From Felis catus (Eukaryota), in assembly GCF_018350175.1 (NCBI RefSeq), contig NC_058383.1, positions 12,712,001 to 12,776,000 on the forward strand: 64,000 bases of DNA, written 5' to 3'. The notes beneath the pieces are model-generated. The model saw nothing but the letters and a program-made list of their open reading frames with translations, searched no databases and was not told the origin of the DNA. Numbering within the stretch: the stretch's first letter is position 1; each line of letters begins with the position of its first letter. The position numbers and the translations under genes are program-made. This document shows, piece by piece, positions 22,271-34,900 of the stretch.

Positions 22271-25221
22271 AAATCTACGAAGTTCATTCTTCTCTGTACA
22301 ATGGGACACAAAAAGCTTTGAAATATTCGCCACCGTCTTATGAAAGAGGCTTCCCCACAGAGATAGCCTCAATATCAATCATGCTAGAAATCCCAGATTT
22401 ATCACATTTTATTTATCAGGTGTTGAACATTTGAGTTGTTTCCACATTTTAGCTACTCTGAATCATGCTGCTATGAACATTCATGGACAAGTGTTTGTGT
22501 GAACATAAGCTTTTAATTCTCTTGGGTATCTATCTACCACCGGAACAGATGAGTTTTATGGTAACTCTATATTTAACTTTTTGGGTACCTGCCAGACTGT
22601 TGCCCAAGTGTCTATACCATTTCATATTGCCACTAGCAATGTAGGAGTGTTCCAATTTCTCCACAGCCTCACTGAAACTTGTGATTATCTTTTTTTATTA
22701 TAATCATTCTAGTGGATGGGAAGTTGTCTCTCATTAGGGTTTTGACTTGTGTTTCCCTGGTGACTAAAGATGTTGGGTATCCTTTGATGTGCCTATTGGT
22801 CATTTGTACATCTTTGTAGAATTATCTTTTCAAGTCCTTGGGCTACTTGTCTTTGCATTATTGAATTGTATGAGTTCTGCATACGTTTTAGGTAAAAGTC
22901 CCTTATAAGATACATGATTTTCAAATATTTTCTCCCATCTTTGGGTTGTCTTCACACTTTTTTGATAGTGTCCTTTGAAGCACAAAAGTTTTTAATTTTG
23001 AAGTCCTATTTAACTATGTTTTTTCTTTTGTTGCTTTTGCTTGTGGTGCCGTACCTAAGAAACTCCGTCTAGCTCAAGGTCACAAAGATTTACTCTTTTA
23101 TTGTCTTCTAAGAGTTTTATAGTTTTTGCTCTTACATTTAGGTCTATGATCCTTTGTGAGTAAATCATGGCATATGTGTGAAGAAGGGGTCCACTTCATT
23201 CTTTACATGCAGAGATCCAGTTGTCCCATCACTATTGCTGAAAAGACTATTCTTTCCTTACCCAATCGTCTTGGCACCTTTCAAAATCAATTGACTGTAA
23301 ATGTAAGAGTTTATTTCTGATCTGTTTTATTCCATGATTTACAAGTCTATTCTTACACCAATACCACCGGCTCAATTAATGTAGCTACTCAGTAAAGTTT
23401 TGAAATGAGGAAGTGTGAATCCTCTAAATGTGTTGCTTTTCAAGATTAGTTTGGCCATTGTGGTTCCCTTGCACTTCCATATGAACTTTAGAATCAACTT
23501 GTTAATTTCTGCAAAACTGGAAGTTGGGATTTTGAAAGGGTGTGCCTTGAACCTGTTGATCATTTTGGGGAGTGTTGCCACCTTAACTATGCTGTCTTTC
23601 AATTTATGAACATGGATTCCATTTATTTCTATCTTCTTTAATTTTTTCATTGATGTTGTATAGTTTCAATATACAAGCCTTGCATTTCTTTTTAAAATTT
23701 ATCCCTAAGTATTTTATTCTTTTTAATGCTCATGTAAGTGGAATTATTTTCTTAATTTTATTTTGGAATTGTTCATTGCTACTATATAGAATATAATTGA
23801 TGTTTTGTGTATTGATCTTGTACCATGCAACTTTGCTGAACTCCCTTAGTAGTTCCAATAGTTTGTGTGTGCATTATGTGTGTGTTTATGTACATGTGTA
23901 TTCCTTGGGATATTTAATATACAAAATCATGTCATCTGCAAGGAGAGATAATTTCACTACTTTATTTTCAATCTGGTTGCATTTTACTTCTTTTTCTTGA
24001 CTAATTGCCCTTACTGGAACCCCCAGTACCATGTTGAGTACAAGTAATGAGAGCAAACATCCTTGTCTTGTTCCTGATGTTAAGGTGAAAACTTTCACCG
24101 TTAAGTATGATGTTAGCTGTGGGTTTTTTGTACTGTATGTACTTTATCAGGTTCAGCAAGTACCCTTCTATTCCTTGTTTGTGAAGTGTTTTTATCATGA
24201 AGAGGTGTTAAACTTTTTTCAAATACTTATTCTGTGTCTATTCAGATGATTAGTAGTTTTTGTCCTTTATTCTACATATATAGTATATTACAATGATTGA
24301 TGTTTGGATGTTAAACCAATTTTTAATTCCTGGGACAAATCCTAGCTGGTCAAAAGTGATGTGTAATCACTTTTATGTGTTGCTGGATTTGATTTTCTAG
24401 TATATGATTAAGGATTTCTGGGTATGTATTCATGAGGCATAGAGGCCAATAGTTTCCTTTACTTGTGCTGTCTTTGCCTGGTTTTGGGTAAAGTTAATAC
24501 TGACCTCATAGAGTAAGTTGGTAAGTGTTCCCTTGTCTCTGATGTTTTGGAAACGTTTGTGAAGAACTGATATTAATTGCTCTTTAAATGTTTGATAGAA
24601 TTCAGAAGTGAAATCATCTGAGCCTGGGTTTTTCTCTGTGAAAAGTTATTAAACTACTAATTTCATCTCTTTATTTGTTATAGGTCTATTCATGTTTTCT
24701 ACTTCTTCTGGAGTCATTTTTAGTGTTTGTGTTTTTCTAGAAATTTGTCTATTTCATCTAAGTCATCTAATTGGTTAGAATACAGTTGATCATGGTATTC
24801 CCCTATAATCCTTTCTATTCCTCTAAGGTAAGTAGTGATGTTTCCCTTTTTATTCCTGACTTTAGTAATTTCAGCCTCTTTTTTCTGGCTACTCTAGGTA
24901 GAGATTTATCAATTTTGTTGATCCTTTTAAAGAATCAGCTTTTGGTTTTGTTAAATTTCTCTATCTTTATTCTATTTTCAACTTCATGACTCTCCACTCT
25001 GATCGTTATGATTTCCTTCCTTCTGTTTGCTTTAGGCTTCATTTATTTTTCTTTTTCCAGTTTCTTAAGGTGAAAGATTGGGTTGTTGATTTGAGATGAT
25101 TCTTTTTTTTAAATATAGGTATTTACAACGGTAAGTTTAGCTCTGAGCACTGCTTTAGCTTAATCCCACAAGATTCAGTATGTTCTGTCTTCATTTTCAT
25201 GGCTCTCAATGTACTTTCTTT

Positions 25222-25352
25222 GCTTTTTCTTTTTCTTTCTTTCTTTCTTTCTTTCTTTCCCTTTTTTCTTTTCTTTTCTTTTCTTTTCTTTTCTTTTCTT
25301 TTCTTTTGAGACAGAGAGAGTGCACATGAGCAGGGGAAAAGGGCAGAGAGAA

Positions 25353-25407
<55 letters not shown>

Positions 25408-25528
25408 CCTAAAGAGGCTTCACATTCAGCATGGAGCCTGATGTAGGGCTTGATCCCAATACCCTGAGATCATGACTTAAGCCAAAACCAAGAGTTGGAC
25501 ACTCAAGTGAGTGAGCAACCCTGGCATC
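25222..25528 (-). mobile_element. Can-SINE with expanded (TTTC)/(GA) tracts
   Basis: Reverse-complement SINE inside L1; outer TSD TCTCAATGTACTTT. Confidence 0.9.
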
Positions 25529-25529
25529 C

Positions 25530-25645
25530 TTTTTTTTTTTTTAAAGATTTTATTTTAAAGTAATATCTACATTCAACATGGGGCTGGAACTCATGACCCC
25601 AAGATCAAGAGTCACATGCTCTACTCACTGAGCCAGCAGGGTATC
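25530..25645 (-). mobile_element. Short old-type Can-SINE
   Basis: TTTAAAGATTTTATTTT...AGATCAAGAGTCACATGCTCTAC...TGAGCCAGC. Confidence 0.85.
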
Positions 25646-28284
25646 TCTCAATGTACTTTTTCATTTCCTTTGTGATTTTTCTTCATTTAAGGAGTATGTT
25701 GTTTAATTTCCACATATTTTTGAACTTTCCCAATTTCTGTTATTGGTGTTATCTAATTTTACTCCATTGTGATTAAAGAACATACTTTTCATGATTTCAA
25801 TGCTTTTATATTTATTGAGGCTTTTTAATGGCTTAGTATATGATCTATGCTGGAGAATGTTCCACAGGCACTTAAAGAGAATATGTTTTACTGTTGTCGT
25901 GTAGAGTGTCCTATAGAAACCTTTCAGCTCTAGTTGGTTTATATTGTTGTTCAAGTCGTTTATTTCCTTGCTGGGTTTCCATTTAGTTCTATCTGTTACA
26001 AAAAGTGGGCTATTGAAGTCCTGAACTGTAATTATTGAATTGTCTATCTCTCTTTAGTTCTATCAAGTTTTTGCTTCATGTATTTTGGGGCTCTGCTTTT
26101 AGATGCATATATACTTAGAATTGTTAAATTTTCCTGATGAATTGAACCTTTTATCATTATAAAGTGTTCCTCATCTGTAGTAACATGTTGTTTTGAAAAT
26201 GATTTTGTCTGTATTAATATAACCACTACACCTTTTTTATAGCTGCTGATATACCTTTTTCCACACCTTTGCTTTCAACCTATTTGTATCTTTGGATCTA
26301 AAGTGTGTGCCCTAAAGGCAGAATAGATTTAGATCTTGTTTTTTTTTATTCAGGATGACAATCTCTGCCTCTTGACAGAATTGTTTAATCTGTTCACATT
26401 TCATATTATTACTGCTGTAGTTGAATTTACATCTGCCATTTTACTTTTTGTTCTCTATATGGTTCAAGTCAATTTTGTTCTTCTCTCCTTCTTTCTCCTT
26501 TCTTTTGCATTAATTTAACATTTTGTAGTGTAATATTTAAGTTCCTTTTAATTATTCTTTCACCATATATATTTCTAACGGTGGCTCTATGGCTTACCAT
26601 ATACATCTTAACTTATCAGAATTCACTTCAAATTTATAGCAACTAATCCCAGTGACATATAAAAACATTACTCCTCTATAGCTCTATTCCATCGTCTACA
26701 TTTTTATGCTATTATTGATATGCATACTGTGTCTATATACATTACAAACCCAACAATACATTTCTACAATTATTATGCTACATAGTTTTATGTCTGTTAA
26801 AGAAGATGAGAGAGGAAATGAGAACAAGTATTTATAGAGCTTGTTACATGAACCTTCTTACTTGCCATTTCTCTTCATTTGTTCCTTGTGCATTCAAGAT
26901 ACCATCTGGTGTTGTTTCTTATTCTTATACAGCTTTGCTCCCACTTGCCTCCTTTGTGCTGTTATTGTCAAATATATTACATTTTTATATGTTATCAACA
27001 TGAGAATACAAGTATATGTGTATGTGTATAGTTTTATACAATTGCTCTTCAAATCAATTAAGGGAAGAAAGAAGAAAAATATGCATTTATGCTGTATTTT
27101 ATAATTACATAATTACCTTTATTGGTGTTCTTCCCTTTTTTGTGTAGATTTGAACTACTGCTTGGGGTTACTTGTTTTCAGCCTTGTAGAACTTTCTTTA
27201 GTACTTCTCATAAGATAGGCCTGGTAGTAATACATTATTTTGGTTTTTGTTTATCTGAAAATGTCTGTATCTCACCTTCATTTTTGAAAGATAGTTTTAC
27301 TGGATGTCAGATTCTTGGTTGATAGGCTTTTTTCACTGAGCGCTTTGAATGTTTCATCCCACTACCTTCTGGACCCCTTAGTTTCTGATGAGAAGTCAAT
27401 TGTTCATCTCTTTGGGACTCCCTTGAACATGAGTTTTCTCTTTGTCTTGTCTTTACCCACACCTAGGGTAGAGCTTCCACCTTGTAAGTGGAGGCTGGGT
27501 GGAGGAAGAGAACTCTAGACCTCTCAGTTGCTCTGGCCTAGATTAGTGCTTCTACAACATAGAGCTAGGGGAAGCAGGAAAGGATGAGAAATTCTGGTGG
27601 CCTGCCCCTCCTAGGGAAAGACACTAGGCCTCAACCAGGATAATGTTCTTGGCTGCACCCACATAGAGTGGAGCTTCTATCACACTGAGCTGAGGAGTTG
27701 GTTGGGAGGCAGGGAGAGGAAGCAAGCCATGGCTCAATGCCATAGACTGACTGTTCTTAATGTGATTTTGTATGTTTTCTTGAATAAATGTTTCTTCATT
27801 TGCTGTATGCCTTTAGGACAATTTCCAGAGTCCTCAGTTGTTGGGTTTTTTAATTTAATTTTTACTCATTAGTGGTTGTTTTCCTGGGTGAGAGGATCCA
27901 TGGAGCTCCTCATACTGTCATACTAGAAGTTGTCTCCAATACACATTGTTTTGAAAGTTGCAAAATTTTACATCCTTCTTTTTTCACTTGGCTTAGAAAT
28001 TTTCTATTTTATTACAAACTCTTCACAAATGTCATTTCTAACTGTTGCACAATAGTCCAGCAAGTTGGATATACCAACTTTAATAAACTTTTTATTTTAG
28101 AACAGTTTAGATTTACAGAAAAATTGGGAAGACAGATTTTCAATATATGCTACGCTCAGTTTTGCCTTTATTAACAATCTATATATACTCTACAAATTTG
28201 CTTTTTGTTTGCTTCTCGTTTTTCACTGTTTAAGCAATGACATGGTGAACACCTTTGTGCATAAATATTATTTTCTTTATTATT

Positions 28285-28413
28285 ATTTTTTTTAAGAAGG
28301 CTTCCCACCCAGCATGGAACCCAACACAGGGCCTGAACTCACAACCCTGAGATTAAGACCTGAACTGAGATCAAGACTCAGATGCCTAACCAACTGAGCC
28401 ACCCAGGCACACC
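28285..28413 (-). mobile_element. Short Can-SINE
   Basis: Ends CAACTGAGCCACCCAGGCACACC. Confidence 0.88.
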
Positions 28414-29381
28414 TGTGCATAGATATTCTTTTGTATTTTTGGTTATTTACTTGGTGTAGACTATTTTTCAGAGGCATAATTATGTGGTCAAAGGATTTTA
28501 GAACATATTTGATTCCCCCCAAATCGAAGTCCTTAACTTGGGTCTATTACCAAAATTCTATTTATCATCAGAGTTTCCACCCTACACGTTACAATTTCTA
28601 GTTTTGTTCAGGTAAGAGATGTGTCTCTTAAGCATAGCCCCTCGCAAAGGATAACCATGAGGCTAAATGGTTTGCAAAAACTGACTGAAGTCACAGGTAC
28701 AATGATCTTGACACTCCCGGCCAATATGGCCAGTCACCCATAGTGATCAGTCTAATCATGATTAAATACATAAAAGGGCAGTTAGCCTTTTAAATTTGAC
28801 CACAAGATAGAGAACCAAACACAAGTTACTTAAATTTGGTTCTATGTGGTGGCATGTTGACCTAGACAAGTGATTATCAAGTGTGATTCCCAGACCAGCA
28901 GAATCACTGGCCTACAGAGGTCAGATATTGAGGGCTGACACCAATAGTGAGATGTAGGAATCAAAATCTTCAAACCTTAAAGTCTGACATGCTTTGCCTC
29001 ACATCTAGCCCCAAGTGCTATCTGTGTGTGTCTGCTGCAAATATTTAGGCTTTCTCCAATTGATAAAGGAAAGGACGGAGGAAGGATGTAAGATTAACGT
29101 TATGATAACCATTTGCGAGTAATCTGACATGGGAAAAGGAGGTAGTAAATCACCAATATTATAAAACCACTCTTTGGTATTCAGGCCGGGCTGACTCTGG
29201 CTGGAGGGAGGTTGCTAAGGCTCAGAACACATAACATGCAAGTTCAATGTTCTCTCTGAACTGGGGTTTAAGAGAAAGGTCTTGGTACTTGCTTGGCCTG
29301 TTCACCTGTGGCCTCAAATAACCCTTATTATACATAGATTTGGGCTAGAGATGGGAAAATTAGAAGGCTCCTGAGACTCAC

Positions 29382-29487
29382 TTCTTGCACTTGAAGGCTA
29401 CAGAGGCTACCATAGCACCTGAGTAGCCATTGGCCAGTGGCCCACAATGAGTGACACTACGATAGCAGGGAACTGTGGTCATACAGC
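29382..29487 (-). other. Candidate exon (106 nt) of a minus-strand transcript
   Basis: Acceptor gcctctcctag|GCTG; donor AAGAA|gtgagt; outside recognised repeats. Confidence 0.25.
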
Positions 29488-31094
29488 CTAGGAGAGGCGT
29501 CCTCACAGAGGTCATGAATGTGTCTGAGGCTCCACAGAAGGACTGCATAAATAAGTTTTCCCTCACCTACCCCAGTAGTGCTAAGAGATACAAGTGTCAT
29601 GGTCTCAGAAACAGAGCTTAGCTTGAACGTCCTGTGTTTGTTAAAAAATCATATAGGTGCTGGGGAATTTTAAATGCTTGTCAATGCTTCATAGTATAAG
29701 GGACCAAGACAAACTCTGGCATTTGAGAGGTTTCCCTAGAGTTCACAAGCTCTAACTTCTCCCTCACTGTGGTGCATTTAGAGTGGGGATGGGTGGTTGG
29801 CTGTGGGGCAAGCTGATGAGGCCAACGTCAGCCAACCCATGCAATGATCTTGGCACTGTCTCCAAGTACTGACTACTGGAGGTTGGGGAACGGAAGGGGG
29901 AAGGGAGGAGTAACAGAATTAGTCATACCCAAGTCGAAAGGTAGGAAACTGGAGGCTGAAAAGGCCTTATAACGTGGAACAAGATAAGTCATCTGGGGCC
30001 AGAGGGAAGTTTAGTCCCCCTTTCCGAATTAAAGTAGGGTTCCCTGTCTGATCTATGATGGAGGGGTGAGGGGGGAAGAATGTGGGTCTCTAGAAGACCT
30101 CAAGAATGGGAAACCCACTTCTGGATGTGCAAAGTGCAAGCATTTGTCTAAAATGCCCGGCTCCCGCTCCTGCCAGAACTTAATAATAATTATAAAGCAC
30201 TATCCAAAAAAGAGGAAAACGCACCTGCATTTGTAATCCCAGATTCTTCCCAGATTTTACCAATTTGGGGGTACAAATGATGTTACATTAGTAGGTAATC
30301 CCAGCTGTATCTAGTGCCAAATCCCACCTGCATAACTGTCAGACTTCTGACCCTGTTGGCATTCCCCTCCCCATTAAGATCCCCCCGGGAGTGCTCAGAA
30401 GGTCTTCCAGGTCTGGCACACTGCCTGAACCCTGCTCCAAACTGTGACCTCAGCCTTCTCCTTGGGCCAAGAACTCTGGCAGGCCGCTCATGGCCGCCCA
30501 CAAAGAGATCTGTTCTGGGACACCCTGTTACTCTACCAAGAGGAGCAAATAGCTCTTTGTCACTTGTCTGGTTTGGTCTGGGGCCTGGGAGAAATTAAGA
30601 TATCCAGGCAAAAGAGCAATCTGGAATTCAGAGACCAGACGGGTCAGTACGTACTGCGTTTTTATGGGCACAAATATGTACTATGCAAACTGGCATTCCT
30701 AATAATTGCCTCTGATAAATAACAGTATGCTACAGTGCACTGTGGTTTCATCTTAGCTTTAAAATTAAGACACATAATATAACTCACACGTGCAATTTTT
30801 CAATTCTTCCCTTGCAGTTCATCTTCTCAGATTGTCAGAGATTATAATGACTATTGTTCGCTTGGGTAGCTCTGGCCTGGCGGAAGATCACAGAAGGAAC
30901 AGACTAATAATAACATTAGCCCTTTACACTGGGTTCAGGGAGCAAAGCAAAGCCTGTGGCCGAGGCTGGGGGTCGGAGGATCCTTGTGGAGGAGATGTTT
31001 TGGAGACACTTGTCCACATTCCTAGAAAGAGAAAATTCCATCTAATAGATTGATCAACTCCCATGGTGGTATTGGTGAGCTATTTAAAAAAAAA

Positions 31095-31307
31095 TTTTTT
31101 TTTAAATATTTACTTATTTTTGAGACAGAGAGAGACAGAGTGTGAGCCAGGGAAGGGCAGAGAGAGAGAGAGGGAGACACAGAATCTGAAGCAGGCTCCA
31201 GGCTCTGAGCTGTCAGAAACCAATGCGGGGCTCAAACCCACGAACTGTGAGATCATGACGTGAGCCTAAGTTGGATGCTTAACCGACTGAGCCACCCAGG
31301 CGTCCCC
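31095..31307 (-). mobile_element. Can-SINE
   Basis: Reverse-complement SINE. Confidence 0.92.
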
Positions 31308-31313
31308 CCACCT

Positions 31314-31397
31314 TTTTTTTTTAAATGTTTATTTATTTTTGAGACAGACAGAGACAGAGAAGGAGCCAGGGAGGGGCAGAGAGAGAGGGAGACACAG
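31314..31397 (-). mobile_element. 5'-truncated Can-SINE (tail only)
   Basis: Tail plus GAGACACAG only; TTGGT(G/T)AGC(T/G)ATTTAAAAA duplicated at ~31072 and ~31398. Confidence 0.8.
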
Positions 31398-31428
31398 TTG
31401 GTTAGCGATTTAAAAACATTTTTGGAGA

Positions 31429-31650
31429 GGGACGCCTGGGTGGCTCAGTCGGTTAAGTGTCCAGCTCTTGATTTCAGTTCAGGTCATGATTTCACAGTTT
31501 GTGGGTTCGAGCCCCACATCAGGCTCTGTGCTGATAGCATGGAGCCTGCTTGTGATTCTCTCTCTCTCCTCTCTCTCTCTCTCTCTGCACCTCCCCGCTT
31601 TCACTCTCTCTCTTTCAATCTCAAAAAAAAAATAAACATTAAAAAAAATT
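31429..31650 (+). mobile_element. Can-SINE
   Basis: Head, CT tract, tail. Confidence 0.93.
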
Positions 31651-32074
31651 TTTTTTTTGCATTTTAAAACTTTATTGAATTTTGGCTTAAAAAGTAATGC
31701 ATAATTGTTTAAACAACTCAAATAATTCCAAGGCATATAATAGGCTCTCTCTTTTCCCCTTTAATTCCACCATTTTGTTTGCCATTTTTCCTTCATTTAT
31801 TTAAATACATGTAAACATAGTCAGATTTTTAGGGTTTTTTTTTCCGTAACACAGATCTAATCATTAGATACTGATAGCTTATGACTCTTGTGCTTGGAAA
31901 ACAAACATAGCAGTGTTCCGAGTTGTAATAAATAACCAGAGCTATCATGTCAAAGCATGGTACCTGCTGTGTGACAGGCGCTGTCCTCAGCTCCTTGGCT
32001 GTCACCTCATTTAGTCGTCTAGCAAAGTTATGAGATAGGTATTATTATTCCCATCTTACTAATGAGAAAACTGA

Positions 32075-32294
32075 GGGGTGCCTGGAGGGTTCGGTCGGTT
32101 AAGTGTCCAACTTTGGCTCAGGTCATGAGCTCACAGCTCGAAGGGTTCGAGCCCCGTGTCGGGCTCTGTGCTGACAGCTCAGAGGCTAAAGCCTGCTTCG
32201 GATTCTGTGTCTCCCTCTCTCTGCCCCTCCCCTACTCATATTCTCCCTCTCTTTCTGTCTCTCAAATATAAAATAAAACATAAAAAAAATTACA
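32075..32294 (+). mobile_element. Can-SINE inserted in a minus-strand MIR core
   Basis: TSD AATGAGAAAACTGAGG on both sides. Confidence 0.93.
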
Positions 32295-32766
32295 AATGAG
32301 AAAACTGAGGCTAAGAGCAGTTAAGCCCGGCCATGGGGTCTGTGAGGACAAAAACCTTGATTTTTGTTCCCCACAGTCTCCCAGCACCCAGCATGGTGGC
32401 GGCAGGTAGCAGAGCTCGATGCGTAGATTTCGGCTGTGCCGTGGTTGTGCGGGTCCGCGTGGACAGCCAGTGGTGGAGTAGGGCGTGAACCCAGCTCTCA
32501 GCTACCACATAACATCGACAGCCTTGAGGTAGTAGCACTGGAGAGAGGCTAGAGAACTTTGCACGTCGATCTCCCCTTAGCCCAGAAGACTCACAAGCAA
32601 GCTCCCCCGTTCTGAGCCTGCCCAGACTAGGGGCGGGGTGGGATCTCCCGGGCCGGCAAGTGGAACTATGGCTCTGGTAGGGTTTCTTCCTCAGGGCCCT
32701 GCCCACAGTTTTATTCTAACACCCCCGTGAAAATGATTCTTGGTGCTCAGAATAGCTACAAAGGCA

Positions 32767-33180
32767 GGGATGCCTGGGTGGCTCTGTGGGTTGAGTGTTC
32801 TGACTCTTTTTTTTTTTTTAATGTTTATTTATTTATTTTGAGAGAGAACACGAGTATAGGAGGGGAAGAGAAAGAGAGGGAAAGATAGAATCCCAAGCAG
32901 GCTCCACGCTGTTAGCACTGAGCCTGATGCAGGACTCGATCCCACAAACCATGAGATCATGACCTGAGCCCAAATCAAGAGCCAGAGGCTTAACTGACTG
33001 AGCCACCCAGGTGCCCCAAGTGTCTGACTCTTGATTTGGGTTCAGGTCATGATCCCAGTGTCATAGGATCGAGCCCCACGTTGGAGTCTGCGCTGAGCAC
33101 GGAGCTTGCTTAAGATTCTCTCTCTCCTCTCCTCTCCTCTGCTTGCGCTCTTTTTCTGTTCAAAAGAAAAAAAGAAAAAG
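32767..33180 (+). mobile_element. Can-SINE split by an antisense Can-SINE
   Basis: Head at 32767-32808 resumes at 33019; outer TSD CTACAAAGGCA. Confidence 0.9.
32809..33017 (-). mobile_element. Can-SINE nested in a SINE
   Basis: TSD AGTGT(T)CTGACTCTT. Confidence 0.92.
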
Positions 33181-33532
33181 GCTATCTACAAAGGCAGACA
33201 AACAGCAAAGCCTTCTGGAGACTGGACAAGGATCAGTGCTTCTGCCTTGCTGATTGAGAAGAAACCAATGAAAAAGTGAATCGATGAACATGCTCTGGAC
33301 AACCGTGGACTCTCAGGCACATTCACTAGAGTATCTCAGCTTACTCCCCGAATGGCAGGGTGATTTTGCAGATGAAGACACTGAGGCTCAATGAGGTACA
33401 AAGACTGTCCACAGCTCTAAGGCGGTGGACCCGCGTGGTCTGCCTGCCCGTTCAGGCTTCTCCTATAGTCAGCATTCAGGAAATGCCATCATGTTTCACT
33501 CAAGAGCTCAAGGCTGCCGTTTGTCAGCTCAC

Positions 33533-33597
33533 AAGGGTGCACTGGGTCCATTTGCTCTGCCGTTAACTCCGGCCGCTGCTTCTCTAGATCTCAACAG
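33533..33597 (-). other. Candidate exon (65 nt; alternative acceptor gives start 33604)
   Basis: Acceptor tttaatttcttatgctcttttag/cttctag|CTG; donor CTT|gtgagc; contains an ATG at 33551 (MDPVHP...). Confidence 0.3.
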
Positions 33598-34079
33598 CTA
33601 GAAGCTAAAAGAGCATAAGAAATTAAAGATGCATACATGAGTTATTTTCCCACTATGATATTGCAAGAAAATAACGCTCCCAAGAACATGCCTGGCTTTA
33701 TTTTTTGTTTGTTGGTTTTGGTTTTGGGAGCAAAAGCTTTGGAGAAAAAGCCCCCGTAAGATTGAAATGGACTGAAACCCAGGGAGGAGAAAGGGGCTGG
33801 CTGAACAGAGGAGGGGCAGCCTGCATCCTGGAAGGAGCAGGGTTGGGAAGAAGAGCTTGTGATTTAAGGCAAGGAGGAAGCAACTCAACTGGCATCGTGG
33901 CTGGGCAGGGTGCTGAGGAAAGAGACAAAAGCAGCATCCAAGTGGCCCCAGGTTGCACGGGATGAGGGACCCGAGAGGCTGCATGACCCAGAGGAAGAAC
34001 GGAGGAAGGCCCCACAGGAGCAGTGTGGGACGTGAGAGAGCTCTAGCAATGCAGGTGGGCTCTCTGGAAATTGGAGTCA

Positions 34080-34900
34080 TGGGTGGAGGGCTGGAGTCCT
34101 GCAGTCTGGGCGCCGAGATCCGCTAGGAGCTCCCGCACGCACGGGAGGCTTGCGAGGAAGGCGACCTTTCGCGGGACCCGCCAGATAGCAGCATTTTCAC
34201 TATTGTCATGTCAACTTACACCCTGCTTGTAGCTGGGGGCTGAGAATCCTGGCAAAGAGAAGGCACACTATTTCCGTTTTGTTGTTGTTGTTTTGCCACA
34301 ATTGCATACACTGCCTGAAACTCACTCATTAAAAAAGACCAACATCTTAAAAGCTGCATGTGAATGTTTCTGAGCTGAGTAGTTGTTTGAGGCTTGATGG
34401 TACATTTTCGGAGCCAGCCCCCTAACAGGCTTCCCGCCTGTCCTTCTCCCACCCCCTCACCCCTCCACAACACACACGGGCACAGCCAGCACCTGACACG
34501 ACTGCCCCTCGGGTTACACTTTCTCATCTCCCTCCTGTCGGGCCTTGTCCGAATTAAGTGAAACCCACTGGTCCCAAGGACGGTGCTGTGCTGTTCCTCT
34601 ACTCAGCAGCTTGTTAATACTGAAGAGAAGGATTACATTTGAAAGCAAGTACTGCCTTTATCTTATTGTGATGCTGTTCTCTGATTCTCCTGCACCGCTT
34701 TGAATAATCAGTATTCGGGGGTGGGGGGAAGGAAAGAAAGAAAGAAAAAAAACGGTTAACCTCTCCATTGGCCTTCGGCGTGGTGGCTCCAATGAGCTGT
34801 CACAAACAGCGTTCCGTAACAAATGAGATTATACCTCTCTTCATTATCCACCCTTTTCAGCGCATACAGTAGCAGTGCGGAGACCTTCAGGGATCACGTC
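34080..34900. promoter_or_regulatory. Repeat-free, CpG-enriched promoter/enhancer-like island
   Basis: CpG cluster 34110-34185; ATTGG 34767, CCAAT 34789, CTGTCA 34797, X-box-like GTTCCGTAAC 34811. Confidence 0.4.
34220..34248 (-). other. Candidate 29-nt microexon
   Basis: gtgtgccttctctttgccag|GATTCTCAGCCCCCAGCTACAAGCAGGGT|gtaagt. Confidence 0.35.

Larger units (their letters stand above)
22415..27930 (-). mobile_element. Long old L1 (L1MB/L1M4-like) with ORF2 and upstream region, decayed
   Basis: Minus-strand ORF2 peptides TSGTRQGCLLSLLVLNMVL, LSLLADDMILYI, INKLILKFIWKCKG, EEHFIMIKGSIHQENLTIL; many stops and frameshifts. Confidence 0.92.

Noticed and set aside
30224..30326. Minus-strand donor CAG|gtgcgt with upstream segment
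   Set aside because: Poor acceptor and stops in all frames.
34570..34592. REST/RE1-like site (CCAAGGACGGTGC)
   Set aside because: Left half-site CAGCACC is missing in the correct position; too many mismatches.
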